Part shown: positions 8,913 to 16,985 of the stretch, piece by piece
Layout of the letters: each line of letters opens with the position of its first letter
Position numbering within the stretch: the first letter of the stretch is position 1
Source: an uncultured Myxococcales bacterium
GTDB taxonomy: Bacteria; Myxococcota_A; Polyangia; Polyangiales; Polyangiaceae
Assembly: GCA_937998045.1 (NCBI GenBank)
Contig: CALKVG010000666.1
Coordinates: 314-64,313, forward strand
Length of the DNA stretch: 64,000 nt
Direction: 5' to 3'
Notes under the pieces: generated by a model
What the model saw: only the letters and a program-made list of their open reading frames with translations
Told to the model about the DNA's origin: nothing
The model's database searches: none
Position numbers and translations under genes: made by a program

Positions 8913-9959
8913 ATGAGGTTTGTTCGTCCCATGGCCTCGGCCGCCCGAAACGTCGATCACGTCATCGGCTACCTCTCCCGCCTGCTACACGTGCGCGGAA
9001 CGCACACGAACACGATCGACGACATCGGCCCCTACCTTGGTGCGCCTCCGTCCGTCCTCTACCCGGCGCCGGTCGCGCCGCGCGACGTCGTGCGGAAGCG
9101 ATCGCTCGTCCCCCGCAGCGGCGGCCGCGTCGTGGAGGCGCTTCGCTGGCACAGCCAGCACGTTCCCCTTTGCCCGCACTACCGCACGCGGCACGACGGC
9201 GAATACGCCTGCAACCACAGCGTCACCGCTCGCTGGATGCACCCTCGGTCCGGCCCGCGCCGCGCGGCCCTCCTCTACGTGCACGGCTGGCTCGAGCCGG
9301 GCCCGTGGATCGAAGAAGCGGTCTTCTTGCCGCGGCTCTACGACGCCCTCGGCGTCGACGTGGTCCACGTGCAGCTGCCCTTCCACGGATCGCGCAACCC
9401 GCGGAGCGCTCTCTTTCACGGCGAGTACTTCCTCACGGCGGACCTCGTTCGCTCGTTCGAGGCGCTCCGGCAGTCGTGCATCGACGCGCGGACGGCAGTC
9501 GCATGGCTGCGGAGCGCTGGCTACGAAGAAGTCGGCGTCACGGGCATCAGCTTCGGGGCGTCGATCGCGATGCTCCTGGCGTGCCTCGAGCCGACTCCCG
9601 ATTGGATCGTCCCGATCTGCGGGCACCTGCAGCTCGGCGACGCTCTCGAGGAGGCGCCCATCCTCTGGCGGATGAAGTACGACCTCGAGCGGTTCGGGAT
9701 CGACCGCGCGCAACGGAAGCGAATCTTCGAGGAAGTGGCCATCGACACGCTGAAGCCGCTGCTCCGGCCGGAGCGGCAGATGTGGATCATGGCGCGCGAG
9801 GACGTGTACATCGCTGCGGCGCTCGTCGAACGACAATGGCTCGCGTGGGGGAAGCCGCCCATCGACTGGATCCCGGGCGGGCACATGACCTTCCCCTTCT
9901 CGCTGTCGCGCATCGTCGAGGACACGAAGAAGTTCTACGAGACGCTCTCTCACCCCTGA
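8913..9959 (+). CDS. alpha/beta hydrolase fold protein
   Basis: 3' part of ORF 8403-9959. Nucleophile elbow GISFGAS (G-x-S-x-G) and LYVHGW segment. Start placed at the first ATG after the repeat array (8913; 8931 is also possible). Confidence 0.7.
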   Translation: MRFVRPMASAARNVDHVIGYLSRLLHVRGTHTNTIDDIGPYLGAPPSVLYPAPVAPRDVVRKRSLVPRSGGRVVEALRWHSQHVPLCPHYRTRHDGEYACNHSVTARWMHPRSGPRRAALLYVHGWLEPGPWIEEAVFLPRLYDALGVDVVHVQLPFHGSRNPRSALFHGEYFLTADLVRSFEALRQSCIDARTAVAWLRSAGYEEVGVTGISFGASIAMLLACLEPTPDWIVPICGHLQLGDALEEAPILWRMKYDLERFGIDRAQRKRIFEEVAIDTLKPLLRPERQMWIMAREDVYIAAALVERQWLAWGKPPIDWIPGGHMTFPFSLSRIVEDTKKFYETLSHP

Positions 9960-9974
9960 CGGGCGCTCGCTCGC

Positions 9975-10706
9975 TCAGTCGTACACTTCGTAGTGGACGG
10001 CGTGTCGCGGCATCCCCGCAACCTCGAGGAGCAGCTTCACGACGTCGTCCACCATCGCGGCGAGGCCACACACGTAGGCGTGCGCGTCCGGGAGCGAAGA
10101 CGCGAGGTCGTGCGCGTGGCGCTGGACGTAGCCGACGAGTCCCCGCCACTCCGGCGGCGCTCGCGAGAGGGTGACGTGCAAGGCGAAGCGCGGGCAGTCG
10201 CGCTGCCACGCGTGGAGTTCGTCTGCCCAGAGCAGGTCCGGCGGCGTGCGGCAGCCGAAGAGCAGGACGAGCGGCGGTCCGTCCGCGACGCGCGTCTCGT
10301 CGGCGAGCATGGCGCGGAGGGGGGCGAGCCCGGTCCCGGTGGCGACGAAGAGCGCGGGGTGCGCGCGCTCGGCGTCGCGGCGCACGAACGCGCCGGCGGG
10401 TCCTTCGATCTCGACGACAGCGCCGGGGGCGAGCGCGTGCAGCGCCTCGGAAGTGGGTCCTCCCTCGACGCGCGTGACGGCGATCTCGAAGGAAGCCGGG
10501 CTCGCGGGATCGGGCGCGGAGGCGATCGAGTAGGAACGCTTGTAGGGTATGCCTCGCGCCGTGGGAACGATGAGGTCCACGTACTGCCCGGACACGTGGT
10601 CGACGGCGCTGCCGTCGACGGTGCGAAACGTCAGGCTTCGCACGGAGGGCGAAAGAAGACGCGCTTCGAGCAGCTCTGCTTTCCGTCTTCGCGGCATCTG
10701 TCGCAT
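9975..10706 (-). CDS. ferredoxin-NADP(+) reductase-like FAD/NAD(P)-binding oxidoreductase
   Basis: 243 aa. FAD motif KRSYSIAS (R-x-Y-S), nucleotide motif LFVATGTGLAPLRAM, C-terminal aromatic tail HYEVYD. Confidence 0.8.
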   Translation of the reverse strand: MRQMPRRRKAELLEARLLSPSVRSLTFRTVDGSAVDHVSGQYVDLIVPTARGIPYKRSYSIASAPDPASPASFEIAVTRVEGGPTSEALHALAPGAVVEIEGPAGAFVRRDAERAHPALFVATGTGLAPLRAMLADETRVADGPPLVLLFGCRTPPDLLWADELHAWQRDCPRFALHVTLSRAPPEWRGLVGYVQRHAHDLASSLPDAHAYVCGLAAMVDDVVKLLLEVAGMPRHAVHYEVYD

Positions 10707-10731
10707 ACGTTAAGACGAGGCCCCACCGATC

Positions 10732-11838
10732 GTGCGCTTCTTCGCCACCGCCGCCAAAGGAACCGAGCCCGCACTGCGGGACGAGCTGCGCGAGCTTCGC
10801 CTGCCGCGGGTGCGCGCGGACCGGGGCGGCGTGCACTTCGAGGGAGAGCTCGTCGAGGCGGCGCGCGCCTGCTTGTGGTCGCGCGTCGCGCTGCGCATCC
10901 TGCTCGAGGTAGACGCCTTCGAGGCTCCGAGCGGGGAAGCGCTCTACGAGGGCACCCGCGCCGTGGACTGGAGCTCGTGGCTCACCCCGCGGACCACGCT
11001 CGCGGTCCGCGCGACGTGCCGGTCCAGCCGGCTGACCCACTCGCAGTTCGTCGCCCAGCGAACGAAGGACGCGGTCGTCGACCGCCTGCGGGACCGCTTC
11101 GGTGAGCGGCCGTCGGTCGACCGCGAAGATCCCGACGTTCTCCTCGCGGTGCACGTCGCCGCCGACCGGGCGACGCTCTACCTCGACGTGGGCGGAGCCT
11201 CGCTCCACAAGCGCGGGTGGCGGTCGCGCGCCGGGGAAGCGCCTCTGCGCGAGACGCTGGCTGCCGCGGTGCTGCGCCTCTCGGGGTGGGACCGCGAGCG
11301 CACGCTGCTCGACCCGATGTGCGGCGCAGGCACCATCGCGATCGAAGCGGCCGCGTGGGCCCGACGGGTCGCGCCCGGGCTGGGCCGCGAGCGGTTCGGC
11401 TTCGAGCGCTGGGCGAGCCACGACGACGCGCTGCGCCGGCACGTCGAGCGCCTCCGGGCCGAAGCGCGGGCCGCCAAGCTGGCGTCGGGACCCCGGATCG
11501 TCGCGTGCGACGCCGACGCGCGCGCGGTCGCGAATGCGCGCGACAACGCGCGAGCGGCCGGCGTCGACGTCGCGGTCGAACGGCGCGACGTTCGCGACCT
11601 CGAGCCGCTCGACCCCCCCGGCTTCGTCGTGACCAATCCGCCGTACGGGGAACGCCTCGCGGCGGAAGACACGCTGTATGACGACCTGGGGCGCTCGCTG
11701 CGCCGCTTGCGCGGGCACACGATCGCCTTGCTCGCCGGCACCCCCGCCATCGCCCGGGCGATGCGCCGCGAGCCCGACAAGTGGTGGATCCTTCACAACG
11801 GCCCGCTGGAGTGCCGTCTCCTCCTCTACCGGGGGTGA
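10732..11838 (+). CDS. THUMP-domain class I SAM-dependent RNA methyltransferase (RlmL/YpsC-like)
   Basis: 368 aa with GTG start. N-terminus FFATAAKGTEPALRDEL, SAM motif LLDPMCGAGTIAIEAA, catalytic VVTNPPYGERL. Confidence 0.85.
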   Translation: MRFFATAAKGTEPALRDELRELRLPRVRADRGGVHFEGELVEAARACLWSRVALRILLEVDAFEAPSGEALYEGTRAVDWSSWLTPRTTLAVRATCRSSRLTHSQFVAQRTKDAVVDRLRDRFGERPSVDREDPDVLLAVHVAADRATLYLDVGGASLHKRGWRSRAGEAPLRETLAAAVLRLSGWDRERTLLDPMCGAGTIAIEAAAWARRVAPGLGRERFGFERWASHDDALRRHVERLRAEARAAKLASGPRIVACDADARAVANARDNARAAGVDVAVERRDVRDLEPLDPPGFVVTNPPYGERLAAEDTLYDDLGRSLRRLRGHTIALLAGTPAIARAMRREPDKWWILHNGPLECRLLLYRG

Positions 11839-11943
11839 GCCGCACGTCTCATTCGCGGCGACGGGCCAGGTTGTGCGAACCTCTGCCGCTTTTGCTGCTA
11901 GCTTGCGCGCCGAACGTAAAACTGTCTTTTCGCGAGTCCGGCC

Positions 11944-12519
11944 ATGCGAGTGCGAAGGCGGGGAACCCGGCAGGCTCTGATGCTCGTTGCGTTCGCTGCG
12001 TGCGCGGCGTGCGCGTCAGGCGGAACGGGGAGCGACGACGGCGACGTGTCGGGAACGACGGAGGGCACCGCCGGTGACGCCGTCGCGGCCGACACGTCGC
12101 GCCAGCCCGCGCCCGAGAGCGGCAGCGGCGCCGCCGGATCCGACACGGGCGCCTCCGACGACTCCTCCTCGGGCTCGATGTCCGACAGCGGTTCGTCGTC
12201 CGACGCGGCGGAGGATTCGTCCGAAGGCGCGGCTCCGGGCGACTCGAGCGTCGCGGACACCGGCGCGAGTCTCGATACCGGCAGCCCCGACACGGCCGTG
12301 CTCGATGCCGCCCTCGACGGCGACGCAGGCTGCTCGACGGGGCCGACCGCGGCCTACCAGCAGACGTGCACGACCTGCTCGATCAGCGTGACGTGCTTGC
12401 TGAGCTGCGCGTCGTGCACGAAGAGGGATGGTACGCAAAACGCGAATCCGACGCTCCAGCTGCCCTGCCCGGGCACGATGAGCGTCCAGAACATCGACGG
12501 AAACCTGCAATGTATGTGA
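11944..12519 (+). CDS. putative lipoprotein, acidic Ser/Asp-rich with Cys-rich C-terminus
   Basis: 191 aa. Signal/lipobox-like LMLVAFAACAAC, a long D/S/G low-complexity region, then many Cys in the last ~70 aa. No family recognised. Confidence 0.55.
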   Translation: MRVRRRGTRQALMLVAFAACAACASGGTGSDDGDVSGTTEGTAGDAVAADTSRQPAPESGSGAAGSDTGASDDSSSGSMSDSGSSSDAAEDSSEGAAPGDSSVADTGASLDTGSPDTAVLDAALDGDAGCSTGPTAAYQQTCTTCSISVTCLLSCASCTKRDGTQNANPTLQLPCPGTMSVQNIDGNLQCM

Positions 12520-12640
12520 CGCCGCGGGCGCTCTTCGCCCGGCTCGCCTTTTCGTGAAATCTCGCGAACCCGCCGCCTTCGCGCATGTCCGTGAGGGTGC
12601 GGGTGACTGGGGCGCACCGGTCGGGCACAATGGGGGCGCG

Positions 12641-14422
12641 ATGAGCGGCGACCCGTTCGATTTGATCGGTCACATCGTAGGCGGACAATTTCGCGTCGAG
12701 GCGGTCGCCGGCGACGCCGATCTGAGCGTCGTCTACCGCGGACGGAGGCTCGACGCGGACACCCGGATCGCCATCAAGTGCCTCAACCTGCCCGAGACGA
12801 TCCCCGACGCGCTGGCGCGCGCGCTCGACGCGGCGTTTCAGCAGGCGTATCGCGTCCACGATCGGCTCGCGCGCGGCCACGCCCACATCGCGCAGACGAT
12901 CACGAGCGGCGAGACGCGCGCCCCGCGCACCGGCGCTGCCGTTCCGTACCTGGTCCGCGAATGGTTCGACGGCGAGTCGCTCGCGGCGGAGCTCGCGGGA
13001 CGCCAGAAGGAGGTCCGGCCGATGCGACCGCTCGAGGAGGTCCTCGGCCTGCTGCGGGGGGCGTTCGAGGCGGTCGCGTACGCTCATACTCAGGGCGAGG
13101 TGCACCTGGGCATCAACCCGGCCAACCTGTTCGTCGCCTCCCGGAGCGACGGCACCGCCACGTTGAAGGTGCTCGACTTCGGGCTCGCCCGGATGATGAA
13201 CGACTTCGCGCCCGAGTCGCCGGAGGAGTCGCACTCCGGATGCGGCCTGCGCCTCTGGCTTCCGGGGTACGCGGCGCCGGAGCAGCTCGACGAGTCCCTC
13301 GGCGGCGTCGGGCCGCAGACGGACGTCTACGCCCTGGCGCTGGTGGCGACGGAGGCGCTCTCCGGGCACAAGCTGCCCCACTTCCTCGAGCAGGTGCTGA
13401 ACCGGGCGCTGTCGCCGTCGCCGGGGGCGCGGCAGGCGGACGCCGGCGAGCTCTGGCGCGAGATGAGCAGCGCCGTCCCGCCGCGCGCGGCGCGCGCGAC
13501 GCTCACGGACGCCGGCGAAGTGATGCCGATGGTCGCCGGCGCCGTCGCGCGGCCGCGTCTCAAGCTTCCGTCGGAGCCTTCGACCGGCACGCAGCCGATG
13601 TCCTTCGACGCGACCGGCGTTTCGTCGTCGTACGTCCCGGTCGCGCTCCCGCGCGGCCCCGAGCCGCCGACGACGGCGACCCCTGCGCCTCCCGGCGTCG
13701 CCGGGGGCGCGCGAGAGCGTGCCGAGGGCATCGAGACGGCGACCTCGGAACCGGCGCGCCTGCCGCCGGTCGAGCCGGACCATCCGCTGCACGTGCCGTC
13801 GAAGCCTCCGTCGCTCGTTCCGCCCCTCCTCGCCCTGCGCTCGGACGCGCCTGCGCTGGCGCGCCTCGGGCTCCCCGTGCGCCTCTCGCGGCGAGCGCTC
13901 GCGCTCGTCAGCGCGGGGGCCGCGGCGGCGCTCATCCTCGTGGCCGGCACCGTGGCCGCGCTGCGCTCGCACCGCGGCTCCGCCGTTGCGACGGCCGCCG
14001 GCACCGCCGACTCTTCGGAGCCCGCGATGGCGCCCTCGCCGGCCGATGCGCCGGCCTCGCCCGCGTCGCCCTCGGCCGCGTCGTCGCCGGAGGCGCCCAG
14101 CGCTTCGTCGCCGCAGGCGCCGCCCGACTCGACGGCAAAGGCGAAGCCGGAGGCACCCTTCGCGGCGGCGGCCGCCCGGCGCGCGCTCGACGCCAAGAAG
14201 CGCGAGTTCGGCAAGTGCCGCCGCGGCCGCACCTGGGGCCACGCCTCGGCGACCGTGACGTTCGCCAACGACGGGAGCGTGGAGAAGGTCGCCGTGGCAC
14301 CGCCCTTCGCGGGCACGCCGACGGGCGCGTGCGCGGCCGACGCTCTCGCGAGCGTGCGCGTCGCGCCGTTCTCCGGGGCGCCGGCTTCGCTCGACTACCA
14401 CTTCTACGTGCCGGCGAAGTAG
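12641..14422 (+). CDS. membrane-anchored Ser/Thr kinase-like protein, predicted pseudokinase, with a C-terminal domain shared with the ZnR-GYF protein at 55976-57616
   Basis: Start moved to ATG 12641 (MSGDPFDLIG...). Kinase fold with IAIKCL lysine, LDFGLA and YAAPEQ, but the catalytic loop reads VHLGINPANL instead of HRDLKPxN and the Gly loop is degenerate. TM helix LALVSAGAAAALILVAGTVAAL, Ala/Pro/Ser linker, C-terminal PPFAGTPTGACAADAL domain. Confidence 0.75.
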   Translation: MSGDPFDLIGHIVGGQFRVEAVAGDADLSVVYRGRRLDADTRIAIKCLNLPETIPDALARALDAAFQQAYRVHDRLARGHAHIAQTITSGETRAPRTGAAVPYLVREWFDGESLAAELAGRQKEVRPMRPLEEVLGLLRGAFEAVAYAHTQGEVHLGINPANLFVASRSDGTATLKVLDFGLARMMNDFAPESPEESHSGCGLRLWLPGYAAPEQLDESLGGVGPQTDVYALALVATEALSGHKLPHFLEQVLNRALSPSPGARQADAGELWREMSSAVPPRAARATLTDAGEVMPMVAGAVARPRLKLPSEPSTGTQPMSFDATGVSSSYVPVALPRGPEPPTTATPAPPGVAGGARERAEGIETATSEPARLPPVEPDHPLHVPSKPPSLVPPLLALRSDAPALARLGLPVRLSRRALALVSAGAAAALILVAGTVAALRSHRGSAVATAAGTADSSEPAMAPSPADAPASPASPSAASSPEAPSASSPQAPPDSTAKAKPEAPFAAAAARRALDAKKREFGKCRRGRTWGHASATVTFANDGSVEKVAVAPPFAGTPTGACAADALASVRVAPFSGAPASLDYHFYVPAK

Positions 14423-14425
14423 CCC

Positions 14426-15283
14426 TCAGAATCGCGACCAATCGAACGCAGGCACGACGTCGTCGAGAATTTCTCGCGTCCTCCTCTCGACGGCCTTCTT
14501 CGTCTTCGGGTGCGTGAGGACCCAGAATCGCTCCTGCACGATCGCCGTGACGACGTGCTCGGCGACCTCCGCCGGGTCGATGCCACCGGCGACCGACGAG
14601 CGGAGGAAGCCGTCGATCATGCCGGCTCCGCCGCGCCGCGACGCCGGATCCGCCGGTGGGCGGGCGTGCGAGGCGGGGCGGTTGCGCCCGGCGTCCGCGA
14701 TGTTCGTCTTGACCCAGGCCGGGCAGAGGACGCTGACCTTGACCTTGCCGCCGGCCACCGCCGAAAGATCGTGGTGCAGGCACTCGCTCAGCGCGACGAC
14801 CGCGTGCTTCGTCGCGCAGTATGGGGCCGAAAACGGCGTCGTCAGGATGCCCGCGATCGACGCCGTGTTCACGACGTGACCCTCGCCCTGCTCGATCATG
14901 CGCGGGACGAACGCCCGCACGCCGTGGACGACGCCGAAGAGGTTCACGCCCACCACCCAGTCCCAGTCCGCCTGCGGGAGCTCCCAGACGGGGCCGCCGG
15001 CGACGACCCCGGCGTTGTTGCAGAGCACGTGCACGGCACCGAACGCTTCGAAGGCGCGGCGGGCGAGCGCCTCGACCTGCCATCGGTTCGAGACGTCCGT
15101 GGGCACGGCGATCGCCTCGGCGCCGAGGGCGGCGACGGCGTCTCGCGCTTCCGCGAGCGGCTTCTCTTCCACGTCGGCCAGAACGATCCGCATGCCTTGG
15201 CGTGCGAACCGTTCCGCCAGCGCTCTTCCAATTCCACTCGCCGCACCGGTAACGACCACGTTTTTTCCGCTCAGCTCTCGCAT
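14426..15283 (-). CDS. SDR family oxidoreductase
   Basis: 285 aa. VVVTGAASGIGRALA, NNAGV, catalytic YCATKHAV (Y-x3-K). Confidence 0.9.
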   Translation of the reverse strand: MRELSGKNVVVTGAASGIGRALAERFARQGMRIVLADVEEKPLAEARDAVAALGAEAIAVPTDVSNRWQVEALARRAFEAFGAVHVLCNNAGVVAGGPVWELPQADWDWVVGVNLFGVVHGVRAFVPRMIEQGEGHVVNTASIAGILTTPFSAPYCATKHAVVALSECLHHDLSAVAGGKVKVSVLCPAWVKTNIADAGRNRPASHARPPADPASRRGGAGMIDGFLRSSVAGGIDPAEVAEHVVTAIVQERFWVLTHPKTKKAVERRTREILDDVVPAFDWSRF

Positions 15284-15316
15284 CTGGGGCTCTTAGCGTT
15301 GTATACGCCTGGGAAC

Positions 15317-15937
15317 ATGCAAGCCTCGTCGTTCGCGCTTGCGCTCGCGCTCGCGGCCGGCGCCGCGTGCGCGCAGCCGCAGTCGACCGCGGTGACCGCT
15401 CCCACCACCGGCCAGCCCGCGGCGGGAGGCAGCGCCAGCGCCGAGCCGCAAGCGCCGGCGCAGCCGTCCGCCGCAGCCACACAACCGTCTGCCGCGCCGC
15501 CTCTCCTCTCGACGTCGATCGCAGACGGCGGTGGAGCGGGCGGGGCTGCGGGCGTGGACACGGCGACCGCGTCTGGCCCGGGGGCTACCGACGCCGGAGC
15601 CGCCGCGCAGTACCGCGCATGCACGCTCGACAGCGAATGCGTCGCCGTCGACAAGGTCGGCTGCTGCCACAACGGGTGGAAGGAGGCCGTCGCGACATCG
15701 CAGAGGGACGCATACGCGAAGTCGTTCACTTGCCCGCATGCGAACCCGATATGCCCGATGTACATCGTGCAGGATGGGCGCGTGCCTCTCTGCGACAACG
15801 GAACGCACTTGTGCACGATGACTCGCCCGGAAGACGTGGGCTGCGGCGGCTTCATCCGCAACAAGCACTCCTGCCCCGCGGGCTATCGCTGTCAGCTCTC
15901 GAAGCACCCCGACGTCCCCGGCCAATGCGTCAGGTAG
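15317..15937 (+). CDS. secreted cysteine-rich protein of unknown function
   Basis: In frame with ORF 14510-15937, but only the part from ATG 15317 looks real. Signal peptide MQASSFALALALAAGAACA, Ala/Pro/Gly linker, then a ~110-aa region with about 14 Cys (CTLDSECVAVDKVGCCHNGW...CPAGYRCQ...GQC). Confidence 0.55.
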   Translation: MQASSFALALALAAGAACAQPQSTAVTAPTTGQPAAGGSASAEPQAPAQPSAAATQPSAAPPLLSTSIADGGGAGGAAGVDTATASGPGATDAGAAAQYRACTLDSECVAVDKVGCCHNGWKEAVATSQRDAYAKSFTCPHANPICPMYIVQDGRVPLCDNGTHLCTMTRPEDVGCGGFIRNKHSCPAGYRCQLSKHPDVPGQCVR

Positions 15938-15989
15938 CGGAGGTGGTGTTCCGAGTACCGGGCCGACTGCGTCCGCACGCTCGGGACAC

Positions 15990-16985
15990 TTACGCTGCAC
16001 ACACGAAGTCGGCGCCCTCGACGAAGCCGAGGGCCTGGAGGTGCGCGCGCACGAGCGCACGGGCACCGCGCGCGCCGACCGCGACGACGACGGTGTGGGC
16101 GCCTCGCCGCAGCGAATCGGGCGCTGCGATCGGCGCGGCGCGGGCGACCCGACCGATCTTGCGCGGATCGACGTCGACGAACTGCGACGCGCGCACCCCG
16201 TGCTGCTCCAGCGCGCGCGCCAGCCGTCGCCCCGTGACGCCAGCTCCCCATACGGCGACCGGCTTCGCGGCGTCCTTCAGCCTGGGCGCCAGGTAGAAGG
16301 CGCGCGCCTCGACGAAGCGCTCGCGCGCGTAGCGCGGGTCGGCGAAGCTGGCGCGCCCAGGACGCTGGCGCCAGAGAAGGAGCACCTCGGGCACCTTGGC
16401 CAGAAGCCAACCGCGAGCGTCGAGGCGCAGCCAGAGGTCGTAGTCCTCCGCCCACGCGACGTCGCGCCACCCGCCGACGTCGTCGAGGGCCTCGCGTCGA
16501 AGGAGCACCGACGGGTGGCAAAGGGGAGATTCGACGAAGAGGTCGCGCGCGTGGTCCCGCGGGCTGACCAGGGCATTCTGCCACGCGATGTAGCGGCGCA
16601 TGCCATCCCCGCACGCGCCGAGCGGCTCGACGAGCGTGCCCACGGCGCCCAGTCGCGAGTCGGTCTCGAGCAGCTCGGCCTGCTTGGCGAGGCGCGTCGG
16701 CAGCGCGACGTCGTCGGCGTCCATGCGCGCCACGAGGTCCCCGCGCGCGGCGGCCAGCCCGCGGACGAGCGCCACGGCGATGCCCCTCCCCTCGGCGGAG
16801 ACGAGGACGACGCGCGAATCGCGAACGGCAAGGTCCGCCATCTTGCGCGGACCGTCGTCGTGGGACCCGTCGTCGATGGCGACGAGCTCGAGCGCGACGT
16901 CGCGCTGGGCCAGGATGCTGCTTGCGGCTTCTTCGATCGTGTCGCCCGCGTCGCGGAACGGCATGAGAACGGAGAGGAGTCGCAT
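15990..16985 (-). CDS. family 2 glycosyltransferase
   Basis: Start moved to MRLLSVLMPFRDAGDTIEEAASSILAQ (ATG 16985-16983). VAIDDGSHDDG and MDADDV acidic motifs; Rossmann-like C-terminal extension. Confidence 0.8.
   Translation of the reverse strand: MRLLSVLMPFRDAGDTIEEAASSILAQRDVALELVAIDDGSHDDGPRKMADLAVRDSRVVLVSAEGRGIAVALVRGLAAARGDLVARMDADDVALPTRLAKQAELLETDSRLGAVGTLVEPLGACGDGMRRYIAWQNALVSPRDHARDLFVESPLCHPSVLLRREALDDVGGWRDVAWAEDYDLWLRLDARGWLLAKVPEVLLLWRQRPGRASFADPRYARERFVEARAFYLAPRLKDAAKPVAVWGAGVTGRRLARALEQHGVRASQFVDVDPRKIGRVARAAPIAAPDSLRRGAHTVVVAVGARGARALVRAHLQALGFVEGADFVCAA

Noticed and set aside
12525-12552. GC hairpins after convergent or terminal genes (CGGGCG-N5-CGCCCG at 12525-12541; CTCGGG-TC-CCCGAG at 48014-48027) as intrinsic terminators
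   Set aside because: The stems are short (5-6 bp), the loops are marginal and U-tracts are weak or absent. I cannot support them as terminators from sequence alone.
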